NCBI RefSeq assembly: GCF_028641065.1
Contig: NC_073407.1
Coordinates: 7,192,001 to 7,256,000 of the forward strand
From: Leucoraja erinacea
Lineage: Eukaryota
DNA length: 64,000 nucleotides
Direction: 5' to 3'
This document shows positions 1-11,330 of this stretch, one piece after another. Below the pieces are notes generated by a model. That model made no database searches. It was not told the DNA's origin and saw nothing but the letters and a program-made list of their open reading frames with translations. Each line of letters opens with the position of its first letter. Position 1 is the first letter of the stretch. The position numbers were made by a program, and so were the translations under genes.

Positions 1-1789
1 TGCCTGACCCTCTGAGCTATTCCAGCACTTTTGCCTTTTTTGTAAACCACCATCCGCAATGAAGAAACCTTGTCTCTACATTAGGAATGTATTACTTGAG
101 TTTTGGAAATTCATGTAGACCAGAATAAATTGAGTAATGCAATTTTTCTTGAATTTTGTTTAATTTTCCATTTTGTAATTTGAATATCATTAGCCTGAAA
201 TTGAATAATGTTGTATCATGCAGGGATATTAGTGAGGAATTTGCATTTCAAATGTATAGTAGACCTCAAAGAGTCCTCTGGTGGAGAGAACATGTAAAGC
301 AAGTAGATACCAACCACAACTTTTGAATACAAATAAGGATTCCATCAAAACAAATTTTTTAATGATTTTAATTACTACAAGCGTTTGTTGGTCACCTTAA
401 AGATATATTTACGGCTTTTGGAGAGAGGCTGATATTCCATTTGGACTCTGCCAGTCACCAACTGTCCCCCAAAACTGGGGCTGGAGAGATGAAAATGTAA
501 TGACATTAGAACATATTAACACAAACATAAAATACTCTATTTGACCTCACAGTTTTTCTGGGTATGGATTGAGCCCATGACAACTGAAGTAACTTTGTTT
601 GGTTTTCCCTAAGGAGTGGCCCCCCTTAAATGACATCTTTGTCTGTCACAGTTCTCAAAAAGAAAACTACAGTACGTATAAATTCAGTTTATACATTATT
701 CCTTTCATGAAATACAGGCTGGAAAGCTAAATTCCAAATAACTTTGTTACTTGCTCCATTTCTTTCTAATTTATCATTCCTTTATCAGTTTGACAAGGGA
801 TAATCAGATTACATCTCCTGGGTTATAAAGCATAAATTCTGTTTGACTCGGTAAACAAAGATGCACTTGGAAGCCTCATGGAGGGAAACTAGTCAACTGC
901 AAACCTTAAAAGACAGAAAAACATTGCACTGACTTACCAGAGAACCAACTAGTGAATGGTAAAAAAATGGTCAAGGAAGATAAATAGTTCTCTCAATGAA
1001 ACTTAGCTCAGATGATGATAACTTTATTTTGTCCATTCAAGAAGTTGGGAAAAGGAACATATTCTGTAAGTAGTAGATAGGAACTGCAGATGCTGGTTTA
1101 AACCGAAGATCTGTGGAGTTACTCCAGCTTTTTGTGTCTATATTCTGTGAGTAGAGATGTTACATGCCTGTTACTGACATGCTTGCTTGTATTTTTAAAA
1201 TACATTTACTTTAGAATTAAAGCTTAAAGAAAATATATAATGTGATGTTCCATTCTGAATGAGGTGAGAACACGTGTAAAAGAAGATTTCAGAGCCAAAA
1301 AGCAAACTTTGTTGTTGATTTCCTCATTACATTTTTGAAAGCTGACTTTAATCTCAACTTTTATCGAATGTGATAGCATTTCTCAAAAATTGATTCACAC
1401 TAATTAATAATATGTGAACTAAATGTGAAGTCTGGTAAGAAAGGCTCCAATATACCAATATTCATTTAGAGCAATTAAGCCTTGTGGCTCAGGGATAATT
1501 TGATTAACTAAAGAAGGTTTCCCTGAAAAAAATTTTGCTTAAAATTATGAAATTGAATGTTTGCAAATCAAGGAATACTTATACATTTCCTCAAGCAACA
1601 GGTTAAAATTTGTGGATTCTTCTTCTTATCGAATTAACACACAAGATTAGAAGTTGTGCCGCCAGAGCTGAACACACTTCTCGGTATCTGCATACAATGG
1701 TGTCTGTCTTACGCTTGTACATTTTGTGCGTGGTGATGGAAAGATTGGTAGAAACAGGGCCACGACGTGAACGCTCTTTCCTTGACCCC

Positions 1790-3410
1790 ATTTGTGCATT
1801 GTATGATATATATATGATGGGAGAGTGGGGAAAGAACTGGCAGATGGAATACAGTGTAGCAAAGTGTGCGGTCATGCCCTTTGGTATAAGGAATTAAGGC
1901 GTAGATTATTTTCCAAATGGGGAGAGGATTCTGAAATCAGAAGAGTGCTGGTGCAGGATTCCCAAAAGGTTAACTTGCAAGATAAATCGGCAGTAAGGAA
2001 GGTATATGCAATGTTAGCATTTATTTCGAGGGGACCAGAATATAAAAGCAGGGATGGAATGCTGAGGCTTTTTCCGGAAGTGGCGGCACTGTTGACAGCT
2101 GCGGCTCGCCTGCAGTCCGTGTGTTTTTACTTTTTTTGTTGTTTACTTTTGTCCTGTTTTAGTTACATTTTAGTTTATTAGTTTGTGTATATGTGTGTGT
2201 GGGGGGGGGGTGAAACATGTTTTTTTGTCTCTTCCTTCGGGGGAATGCAACTCTTCTTGTCGTATCCTCCTTCTCTGCCTCCGTCTGCGCTGAGGCCTAA
2301 TGGCGGAGCTGGCGGCCTCCAACTGCGACCGACCTCGGGACTCCGGAGGCAGAGCCAGCCAGGACTTACCAACGCGAGGCTGGTCGAATTCGGGCTGTGG
2401 CGGCATTCCGGCGTTGGTGGCCCGGCTTCGGGGATGAGGCGGCATTCCGGCAGCGGCGACCTGAGTTCGGGGCTCGGCCGTGGGCCCAGTGGACGACATC
2501 GTCGGGAGCTCGCAGGTCACAGGTTGGTGACCTGTTTTTCCGGAGCTCCCGCAACTACAGCTGCGTCCGCTGGACTGGAGGGCGGCAACTTCGACCACCC
2601 CGGGCCATGGAGCTTGAACTGGCCCGTTCACGGAGCTCGGTTGAGCCGCGGGACTTACTTACCATCATTCGGCGGGGTCACAACAATGGAAGCCTGGATC
2701 GCCTCAGCACAGAGGGAGAACAAGGAGGGAAGAGACAGAGACTTTAAGACTTTTGCCTCCACCACAGTGAGGAGGTGCCTGGTGAACTCACTGTGGTGGA
2801 TGTTAATTTGTGTTTATTGTATGTTTTGTTATTTATTATTATATGTATGACTGCAGGCAACGAAATTTCGTTCAGACCGAAAGATCTGAATGACAATAAA
2901 GGAATTTAATCTAATCTAAATCTTATAAGGTGCTGGTCAGACCACATTTGAAGAATTGTGAGCAGTTTTGAGCCCCATATCTGAGGAGGGGTATGCTGGC
3001 GTTGGAAAGGGTCCAGAGGAGGTTTACAAGAATGATCCTGGAGATGATTGGGTTAACATATGATGAGCCTTTGACTGCTCTGTGCTTGTACTCGCTGGAG
3101 TTTAGAATGATGAGGGAGGACCGCAATTAAACTTATTAAATAATGAAAGGCCTGGATAGAGTGGACGTGGAGAGGATGTTTCCACACAGGGAAGAGTCTA
3201 GGACCAGAGGCCTCAGAATGAGAGGATGTACCTTTAGATAGGAGATGAGGAGGAATTTCTTTAGCCAGAGGGTGGTGAATCTGTGGAATTTATTGCCAGA
3301 CGCCTGTGGCAGGAGAATGGGGTTGAGAGGGAAAGGTAGGTCAGCCATGATATTGAATAATGGAGTAGACTCAATGGCTGAATAGCCTAATTCTGCTCTT
3401 ATGAACATGA
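1790..3410 (+). mobile_element. Degenerate CR1 LINE 3' part, split by an insertion at 2069-2923
   Basis: WQMEYSVAKC and ANAMLAFISRG..YKSRD-type CR1 RT C-terminal remnants; the sequence resumes in register after 2923. Confidence 0.85.
2069..2923 (+). mobile_element. Non-autonomous GC-rich non-coding retroposon of unknown family; related copies at about 4590-5030(-), 8722-9230, 29195-29715, 38230-39040 and 56530-57165(-)
   Basis: Shared blocks: T-rich then poly-G near the 5' end, GC-rich core, cacagtgaggag...gtggatgtt...tatgactgc...aaatttcgtt...tgacaataaa, and a short tandem tail (aatct)n. Confidence 0.7.
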
Positions 3411-3585
3411 ACTTATTATCAATGACCTGATAAAAATGTGACTCATCCTATAAATTGGGGGCATAGTCACAGGGTGATCCAATGGTATATCTCACAATTA
3501 TATTAGTATTTATATTACTGCAGAGGCAGAATTTGTATTTTATTACATATTGAAATGACTGTGGTACAGGCTTATAAAGTAGACT

Positions 3586-3965
3586 CAAGAGTCAAGAGAG
3601 TTTATTGTCGTGTGTCCCAGATAGGACAATGTAATTCTTGCCTTGCTGCAGCACAACAGGATATTGTAGTCATAAATACAGATCAGATCAGTGTGTCCAT
3701 ATACCATAGAATATATATATACACACATCAGTAAACAGATAAAGTGCAATAGGTTGTTATAGTTCATAGTTTGTTTGAAGTTGTGTTTAATAGTCTGATG
3801 GCTGTGGGGAAGGAGATGTTCCTGAATCTGGATGTTGCAGATTTCAGGCTCCTGTACCTTCTACCCGATGGCAGCAGAGAGATGAGTGTGTGGCCAGGGT
3901 GGTGTGGGTCCTTGATGATGCTGGCAGCCTTTTTCAGGCAGCGACTGCGATAGATCCACTCGGTG
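3586..3965 (-). mobile_element. Rex1/Babar-type LINE 3' fragment
   Basis: [28 protein letters not shown]-terminal motif; (CTTGA)-type tail. Confidence 0.85.
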
Positions 3966-4099
3966 GTAACTTTCCTTTTCGACGGCTCAGTCAATATTTG
4001 CAGACTTGGAACAGCACTATCTCAGTTAATTTGTATCTCGTGGTGACAGTATTGGACTAATATTCAAACTGAAATTCATTTATATCTTATGCTTGCTCC

Positions 4100-4480
4100 A
4101 TATGACATGAAAGCCACAATATTAATCGATGGGTCTCCATCAAAACCAGCCTGTGTGAAGAACAGTGTCAAACAAGACTGCATCATTGCCCCAACACTTT
4201 TCTCAGTCTTTCTTGTTGCACTTCATCTCCAAAAAACATCCTGCTGAGGTGGAGCTAACCTTCAGAAGTAATGGAAAGCAGGTCAGACAGTTCACACACT
4301 AGGCCCAGGGTCATCCAAACAGTGATAATTGATGTGGAGTGTGCAGTTGACTCTTACAATGGCACAGGTCAGACGCAGGGTCCCTAGCCATTGCCAATAC
4401 TTTCACTGAACCATATAAGAGGCCTCACACTGAACATTCACAAGACAAAGACTTGCCCCACTGCACCACATCACTCTCCC
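4100..4480 (+). mobile_element. Highly degenerate RTE-type LINE RT fragment
   Basis: Remnant VKQDCIIAPTLFSVF, resembling the RTE GVKQGCVLAPTLF motif. Confidence 0.55.
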
Positions 4481-5207
4481 TCAATAACCAAGCAGCAATC
4501 CCTGTAATACTCCACGTGTTACAACCAAACCATTTATTCCCACTTTTTGCCTTTTGTTTGTTAACCAATTCTCAATTCACTAACCATGGAACCGCGAGCT
4601 CCACGATGTTAAGTCTGCAGTCTCCCTGTGTTGGAGCTCCCGAACATGATCCCTGATAAAGAGATCGCAAGCTCCACGATCTTAAGTCCGCAGGCTCCCA
4701 CGGTTAGAGCTCCCGAAGTCGATCCCTAGCAAAGGGATAGCCAGCTCCATGATGATAGATCGCAGTGCGGACGGAGATACGTTACGGAAAAAGTCGCATC
4801 GCCACATTTCTATTATCTAAAAACTTGTTTTTCACTTTCCCCTTTGGTAAAATATTTCAATTTCATCTCAGTTGTTTTTGCTTCAATTTCCAAGAGAATA
4901 CTGTGTCTCTCTTCAATCCCAATTCCACGTGTCTCTCCACAGTTTCCCCCACCCCTTACATAATACAAAACTAGAGCTACACTAAAACATACGTTTAACA
5001 ACAGACTAAAACAACAAAAGAAGAAAAAGATAACCGGTTGTGGAAAGGGGATCAGAAATGGGGGGGGGGGGGGGGGGGGGAGGGTTGGGGAGGGAGGGGG
5101 GGAAGTCATGGAGAGTGACCAGGGTGGGATGTCATTCAAAGGAAAGAGGATGTGATAACAAATTAACAAGGCTTCACAAACCACTGTATGAAAATAACCT
5201 GCAATTT

Positions 5208-5588
5208 GAAACATAGAAAATAGGTGCAGGAGGGCATTTGGCCCTTCGAGCCAGCACCAACATTCATTGTGATCATGGCTGATCATCCCCAATCAATAAC
5301 CCGTGTCTGCCTTCTCCCCATATCCCTTGATTCCGCTAGCCCCTCGAGTTCTATCTAACTCTCTTTTAAATGCATCCAGTGAATTGGCCTCCACTGCCCT
5401 CTGTGGCAGAGAATTCCACAAATTGACAATTCTCTGGGTGAAAAAGTTTTTTCTCAAATCAGTTTTAAATGGCCTCCCCTTTATTTTTAGACTGTGGCCC
5501 CCTGGTGCTGGACTCCCACAACATTGGGCACATTTTTCCTGCATCTAGCTTGCCCAGTCCTTTTATAATTTTATTAGTTTCTATAAGG
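5208..5588 (-). mobile_element. CR1 LINE 3' end
   Basis: [15 protein letters not shown] motif, 3' UTR and gaaacatag tail. Confidence 0.88.
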
Positions 5589-6635
5589 TTCTGTGTTTAT
5601 TCCGGGTTTTATTTTGTTATGTTGATCAGAAATTGGATAATTATTGAGAAAACAGGTACTATTTTTAGGTCTTTTTTTAATATAGCACCCATTACAAATC
5701 ATCCACTGGAGAAGGTAAACACCTGCTGTTTTCAGTTGAAAGATGACATCTCCAACAGCGCATCACTCCACCACGACTGCACTGGAAGGTGAGTCAACGA
5801 AATGTCACCTATTCCTTTTTTCCAGAGATGCTACCTGATCTGCTGAGTTACTCCAGCATTTTGTGTCTACTTAGGTGTGTCTTGATGTTGTGCTCAAGCA
5901 TCACCTCCCATTTCAGAGGTGAAAACAGTGCCATCTGTTAATGAAACATGCTGCTGCCATCCGTCTTGTCGAAACAAGTTTCATGCAACAGCAGACAACA
6001 TTCTAACTCCTATTCAATCTTATATTTCCTCATGTTTTGACCATTGCCACCCACGCCCCTTTATTCAATTTCGTTTGACTTTTGTTATTTAACTTTTGGC
6101 TCCCCTTTTCCCGTTCTTTAGCATTGATTCATTTCCATTATCCAAAAACCTGTTTTTCCCTTTCCCCATTTAATCTCAGTTGTTTTTGCTTCAATTTCCA
6201 AGAGAATACCGTGTCTCTCTTCAATCCCAATTCCACATGTCTCTCCACAGTGAAAAGACAACAATTTCACCACTGTTTTCCGACTTGCTCTTTAGTCCTC
6301 TAAGAACACAAAAAAATTTGCAGACGGTATTGCTTTAGCAAGTTTTAATTCCAATTTGAACCCACATTGCTGAAGACGATACCATCTAGTGGTAAGTCCA
6401 AGAACTGATCACATTGAGATCAAAAGCATCTATTCTATTCTATTCTATATTCTATACTACAATGTATTGCTAAAACGCTCATCTTGACCACTTCCGGTTT
6501 GCGGTTTTTTTAATTTGTGCAAAAACGGTAACCTATATCGTTAGGATTGTCTTTTGCCATCTTATTCACCGTTCTCCTCTGCTCCAAGCGCACCAAGTTT
6601 TGTTCCAATCGGTGAAATATTAGAAAAGTTATGAA

Positions 6636-7423
6636 ACATAGAAACATAGAAATTAGGTGTAGGAGTAGGCCATTCGGCCCTTCGAGCCTGCACCGCCATT
6701 CAATATGATCATGGCTGATCATCCAACTCAGTATCCCGTACCTGCCTTCTCTCCATACCCTCTGACCCCCTTAGCCACAAGGGCCACATCTAACTCCCTC
6801 TTAAATATAGCCAATGAACTGGCCTCGACTACCCTCTGTGGCAGAGAGTTCCAGAGATTCACCACTCTCTGTGTGAAAAAAGTTATTTTCATCTCGGTTT
6901 TAAAGGATTTCCCCCTTATCCTTAAGCTGTGACCCTTTGTCCTGGACTTCCCTAACATCGGGAACAATCTTCCTGCATCTAGCCTGTCCAACCCCTTAAG
7001 AATTTTGTAAGTTTCTATAAGATCACCTCTCAATCTCCTAAATTCTAGAGAGTATAAACCAAGTCTATCCAATCTTTCTTCATAAGACAGTCCTGACATC
7101 CCAGGAATCAGTCTGGTAAACCGTCTCTGCACTCCCTCTATGGCAATAATGTCCTTCCTCAGATTTGGAGACCAAAACTGTACGCAATACTCCAGGTGTG
7201 GTCTTACCAAGACCCTGTACAACTGCAGTAGAACCTCCCTGCTCCTATACTCAAATCCCTTTGCTATGAAAGCTAACATACCATTCGCTTTCTTCACTGC
7301 CTGCTGCACCTGCATGCCTACTTTCAATGACTGGTGTACCATGACACCCAGGTCTCACTGCATCTCCCCTTTTCCTAGTCGGCCACCATTTAGATAATAG
7401 TCTGCTTTCCTGTTTTTGCCACC
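6636..7423 (-). mobile_element. Young 5'-truncated CR1 LINE inserted in the Helitron
   Basis: Open 204-aa ORF ([14 protein letters not shown]...WNSLP), (aaacatag) tail, flanking atgaa direct repeat at 6631-6635 and 7424-7428. Confidence 0.93.
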
Positions 7424-7639
7424 ATGAAGGTTTAAAAATCGTGGGATCAGCAGATTGGTCTTCTCGCCTGTCATCACCATGAAGGTAACGCCCCTTGCAG
7501 CACCCGCGGAGAATACAGATTCCCCGGAGGCAGAGAGCCTCTGAGTGAAGTCGGAGTGGGACCTGGACTGGGAGCTGTGCTTGAGGCCGAAAGCTGAAGT
7601 TGCGGGGTGAGCAGAGTGCGAGCTGCGTCTGCTGCGACC

Positions 7640-7978
7640 ACCCTCCTTCCCCCCCTCCCCATACCCCTCCCCCCCACCCACACCTCCTCCCCCCACATCC
7701 CTCCTCCCCCACATCCTCCGCAACCCACCTCCCCCACCTCCCCCCCCCCTCCTCCCACAGCCCCTCCTCCCCCGCACCCCCCCTCCCCCACACACCCCCA
7801 CCCCTCCCTTCCCCACGCCCTCCCTCGCACCCCCACACCCCCCTCCCCCCCCCGCACACCCCCTCTCCCACACACCCTCCCCCACACCCTCCCTCTCCCA
7901 CCCCCCACAAACCCCCACTGCCCACACCCCCCACCGTTCACCCCCCCCACTCCCCCCACCACCCTCCCCCCACACACA
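7640..7978. repeat. C-rich low-complexity tract (G-rich on minus)
   Basis: Runs of C separated by A/T; source of the spurious Pro/Gly ORFs. Confidence 0.9.
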
Positions 7979-10581
7979 TGAAGGGGAAGGGGGGCGAGTG
8001 CTGGATATGAGGGGAAATGAGCCGCGCCTGCGCTGTTAGAGTCTACGGGTCAGTTGTGGAATATTGCTTTGGGGGAACGGGTTGCATTGGGGGGACCAGG
8101 ATTCCCGTGTGACTGGGACTCAACGGATCCCACTTAGTCTAGTATTTCTTATCAGGGAAGCTGCAGAGTCACCGCAGAGCTATGCAATACGGAAACAGGC
8201 CCTTCAGCCCAACTGGTCCATTCAGTTAAACCGAGCTAGTCCTACTTGACTGTGCCTAACTCTCCAAACAAGTAAGTATTTCATTGTTCTGCCTGGGACA
8301 AATTACAATAAAACACTCTTGACTCTTAACCTTTCCTATTGATGTACCACTCCAAGTGACCTTTAAAGCTCGTAATTGTCCTTGCCTCTACCACTTCCTC
8401 TGGCAGCTCATTCCACATATGCCGCACTCTGTGTGAAACCCCTTTAAAAATCTTTCTCCCCTCCTTTTAAACTTAAGTTCTCCAGCCTCAGACTTTCATA
8501 TAAAAGGGAAAAGACTGTGGCTATCCACCTTATCTGTGTCCCTCAGGATTTTATAAGCCCGTGCAACCTCTCCCTATGGATAAGGTTCCCAGGTCCTGGA
8601 AGCAACCTGATTAATCTTCCCTACAATCGTTCCAGCTTAATAGCATCATTCCTTTAGCAGGTGACCAAAACTGAACACAATATTCCAAATGCGGCCTCAC
8701 CAATATCTTGTACAATGTACATTAGGTGGTGCTGTGCGATGGCAGTCTCGCCATCGGTCTGTCTTATCCGTTTCTTCTTTTGTTGTTTTTTGTCTGTCAT
8801 TAAACGTATGTTTTAGTGTATCTTTACTTTATGTGGGGGATGGGGGAAACTTTAAATCTCTTTCCTCGACAGAGATGTGACTTTTCCGTATCGCATCTCC
8901 GTCCACACTGCGATCTAACATCGTGGAGCTGGCGATCCCTTTGCTGGGGATTGACTTCGGGAGCTCAAAGCCGCAGGAACTTCGACCGCTGCTGCTGTGG
9001 GAGCTTTGATTGCCCCGACTGAGGATGGTTCGACTGCCCCGACCACAGGAGAAAAGGGGGGAAGAAGACAATACGTTATTGCCTTTCGTCACAGTACGCT
9101 GTGGTGGATGTTTATGTTAATTTTCATGTAGTTGTGTGTCTTGTGGCTTTTTTGGTATGACTATATGGCAAAGCAAATTCCTTGTATGTTTTTACATACT
9201 TGGCTAATAAACTAATTACAACACAATACATAACGTCCCAACTTAATACTCAATTTCATGACTGATGAAGGTCAGAGTGGCAAAAGCCTTCTTCGCTACC
9301 TTATTTACCTTAAATACCACTTTCCGGAACCAGGCACTAGTACGCCCAGGTCCCTCTGCTCTGCACTGCTCCCCAGTGCACTACCGTTCATTGTGAAGGT
9401 CCTGTTCCAGTTTGACCTCAAAATGGAACATTTATCTGAATTAAACTCCATTTGCCATTCCTGGGCCCACTTGCCAATTGCAGTTACTGATCTACACTGA
9501 TCTACATAACCATCTACACTGTTTAAAATATCACCTATTTTGGTGTTATCTGCAAAACCTACGCATATTCTCGCAGCCTTTTTGTCTAATTTTCATCTCT
9601 GGACTTTATCCGCCCATCTACTTATCAACCCTCTTCACTCGGCATGTTTTGTCCCATCCCCAACACTCTTCCAATCCCTCCTCGTCCCCCCACTACAATC
9701 GGTTTGAAGATGGGTCCAACCCAAAATAGTGCCTTTCAATGTTCTCAATGTTGCCCAATTTATAGAGTGATTGGCTAGTTAGAATCAGAGTGGATATTTC
9801 CTCTGGCTAGGAGTCCAGATCTACGAATCACAGTCTCAGATATAGGGAAACTGATATGAGGAGTAATCTTCTTGTTCAAAGGGTATTGAATCTTTCGAAT
9901 TGCTCACTTTGGGCTATGGAGGATCAATCATCAATTGAGATTAATCAAAAGAGGTACAACGGTATTTTATTTATCACATTAATAAGAAGGAGGTGCATGG
10001 GAAGCTAAAAGGGCTGAATGTGGAAAGGTCATCTGGGCCGGATGGACTACACCCTAGCATTCTGAAGGGACAAATTTGCTGGAATTCTGTGAAGATGTAA
10101 ATAGCAGGCCAAAGGAGAGTCAATAGATGTTGTTTACTTAGATTTATATAGAAAGTCTTTGATATGGTGCCACATGTTACGCTGCTTAGGAAGATGAGAG
10201 CCCACGGTATCAAAGTGCAGAAACTAGCATGGATAGCAGGTTTTTTGGGGTTTTTTTTTAAATCAAAAAATGTATTCAATTATTAAAAATAATATTTACA
10301 GTACAATAAAACAAATCAGAACCCATCACCATAATTACCTATCTATATTACTAAAAGTCTGTTCTTGACCGGTTTTGGCTTTTTGTGCTGCGATTTCCGA
10401 GAGTACGCCGCCACCTACGGCTGTCATTTTTGTCCACCTCGCTCAGAGCTCCCCTCCGCCGCATGTGTGCCGAGGATTTTTCCCGTCGATGAAAATTGAC
10501 CGAGATATTAATGTTTTTACAAAATTCCCCATTCTCTCTGCTACCCCTGCTGGAGGGAGGGGGAGGGACTATAAAACCAGG

Positions 10582-10660
10582 AAGTGGTGTGCCTCAATCA
10601 GTCTATGCAAATGGTGTGCCTCAATCAGTCTCTGCAAGTGGTGTGCCTCAATCAGAGCTC
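10582..10660 (+). repeat. 27-bp tandem repeat x3 inside the Helitron
   Basis: aagtggtgtgcctcaatcagtc(t/a)tgc units; visible as repeated KWCASISLC in the ORF track. Confidence 0.9.
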
Positions 10661-10792
10661 TGAATGACACTGACAAATGTCTACAGCACTGTGAGCACCC
10701 TTAATTTGGTTTGAAAATGAAAATATGGTTAGAGGTAAAAAAGCACTGCCTGCAAATGGTTGTTTGGGTTTGGGTTGAAGTAAAAAGGCAAT

Positions 10793-11330
10793 CTCTCTCC
10801 CCCCCCCTCTCCCTCCTCTTCCCCCCCACCCTCTCCTCTCTCCCCCCCTCTCCTCCCCTCCATCCCCTCCCTCGACAGTCCCTCCCCTAAAGACCACTCC
10901 CCTCCACACACTTCTCCCCCCCCCCCCCCCCCTCCTCCCTCCACCCTCCTCCCCCTCCCTGCTCCCCACCTCTCCCCCTCACCTCACCCCCTCTCCTCCT
11001 CCCCTCCCCGACCCTCTCCCATCCTCCCCTAAATCCCCCCCTCCCCCACACCCCCCTCCCCCCCCTCCCCCTTCCCTCCCCCCTCCCTCCCACTCCCTGC
11101 TCCCCACCTCACCCCCTCTCAGCACCCTCTCTCTCCCCTCCCCCTCCCCCTCACCCTCTGTCTCTCCTCCCCATCTCCCCCACCTTTCCCACCTCACCCC
11201 ACCCTCCCTCTTCTCCTCCTCTCCACCCCTCATCCCTCTTGCCCTCTCTCTGTGTGTCTCTCTCTCTCTGTCTCTGCCCCTTCTCTCTCTGCCCTCACTC
11301 TCTACACCCCCCTCTCTCTCTCTCTCTCTC
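10793..11330. repeat. C/CT-rich low-complexity tract inside the Helitron
   Basis: Polypyrimidine C-runs followed by (CT)n. Confidence 0.9.

Larger units (their letters stand above)
6429..8142 (+). mobile_element. Non-autonomous Helitron containing a CR1 insertion and a C-rich tract
   Basis: A|TC start (6428|6429) with (TCTAT)n; subterminal hairpin tgggactcaacggatccca at 8114-8132; CTAG|T end at 8139-8143; no TSD. Confidence 0.75.

Noticed and set aside
240-1050. Possible minus-strand exons (acceptor at 481-482, donors near 395, 550 and 937) of an upstream gene such as GAPVD1, expected from synteny
   Set aside because: Translations do not resemble GAPVD1 or any protein I recognise, several frames are closed, and one implied intron is only 33 nt; not supportable without RNA data.
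2170-2850. 221-aa and 153-aa ORFs
   Set aside because: They lie within a GC-rich repeat with few stop codons, have no recognisable domain, and are not conserved in sister copies.
7251-8010. Long Gly/Pro-rich ORFs on both strands
   Set aside because: Artefacts of the C-rich low-complexity tract; the same applies to 10650-11233.
10582-10660. CRISPR-like array
   Set aside because: Head-to-tail 27-mers with no unique spacers, in eukaryotic DNA and with no cas genes.
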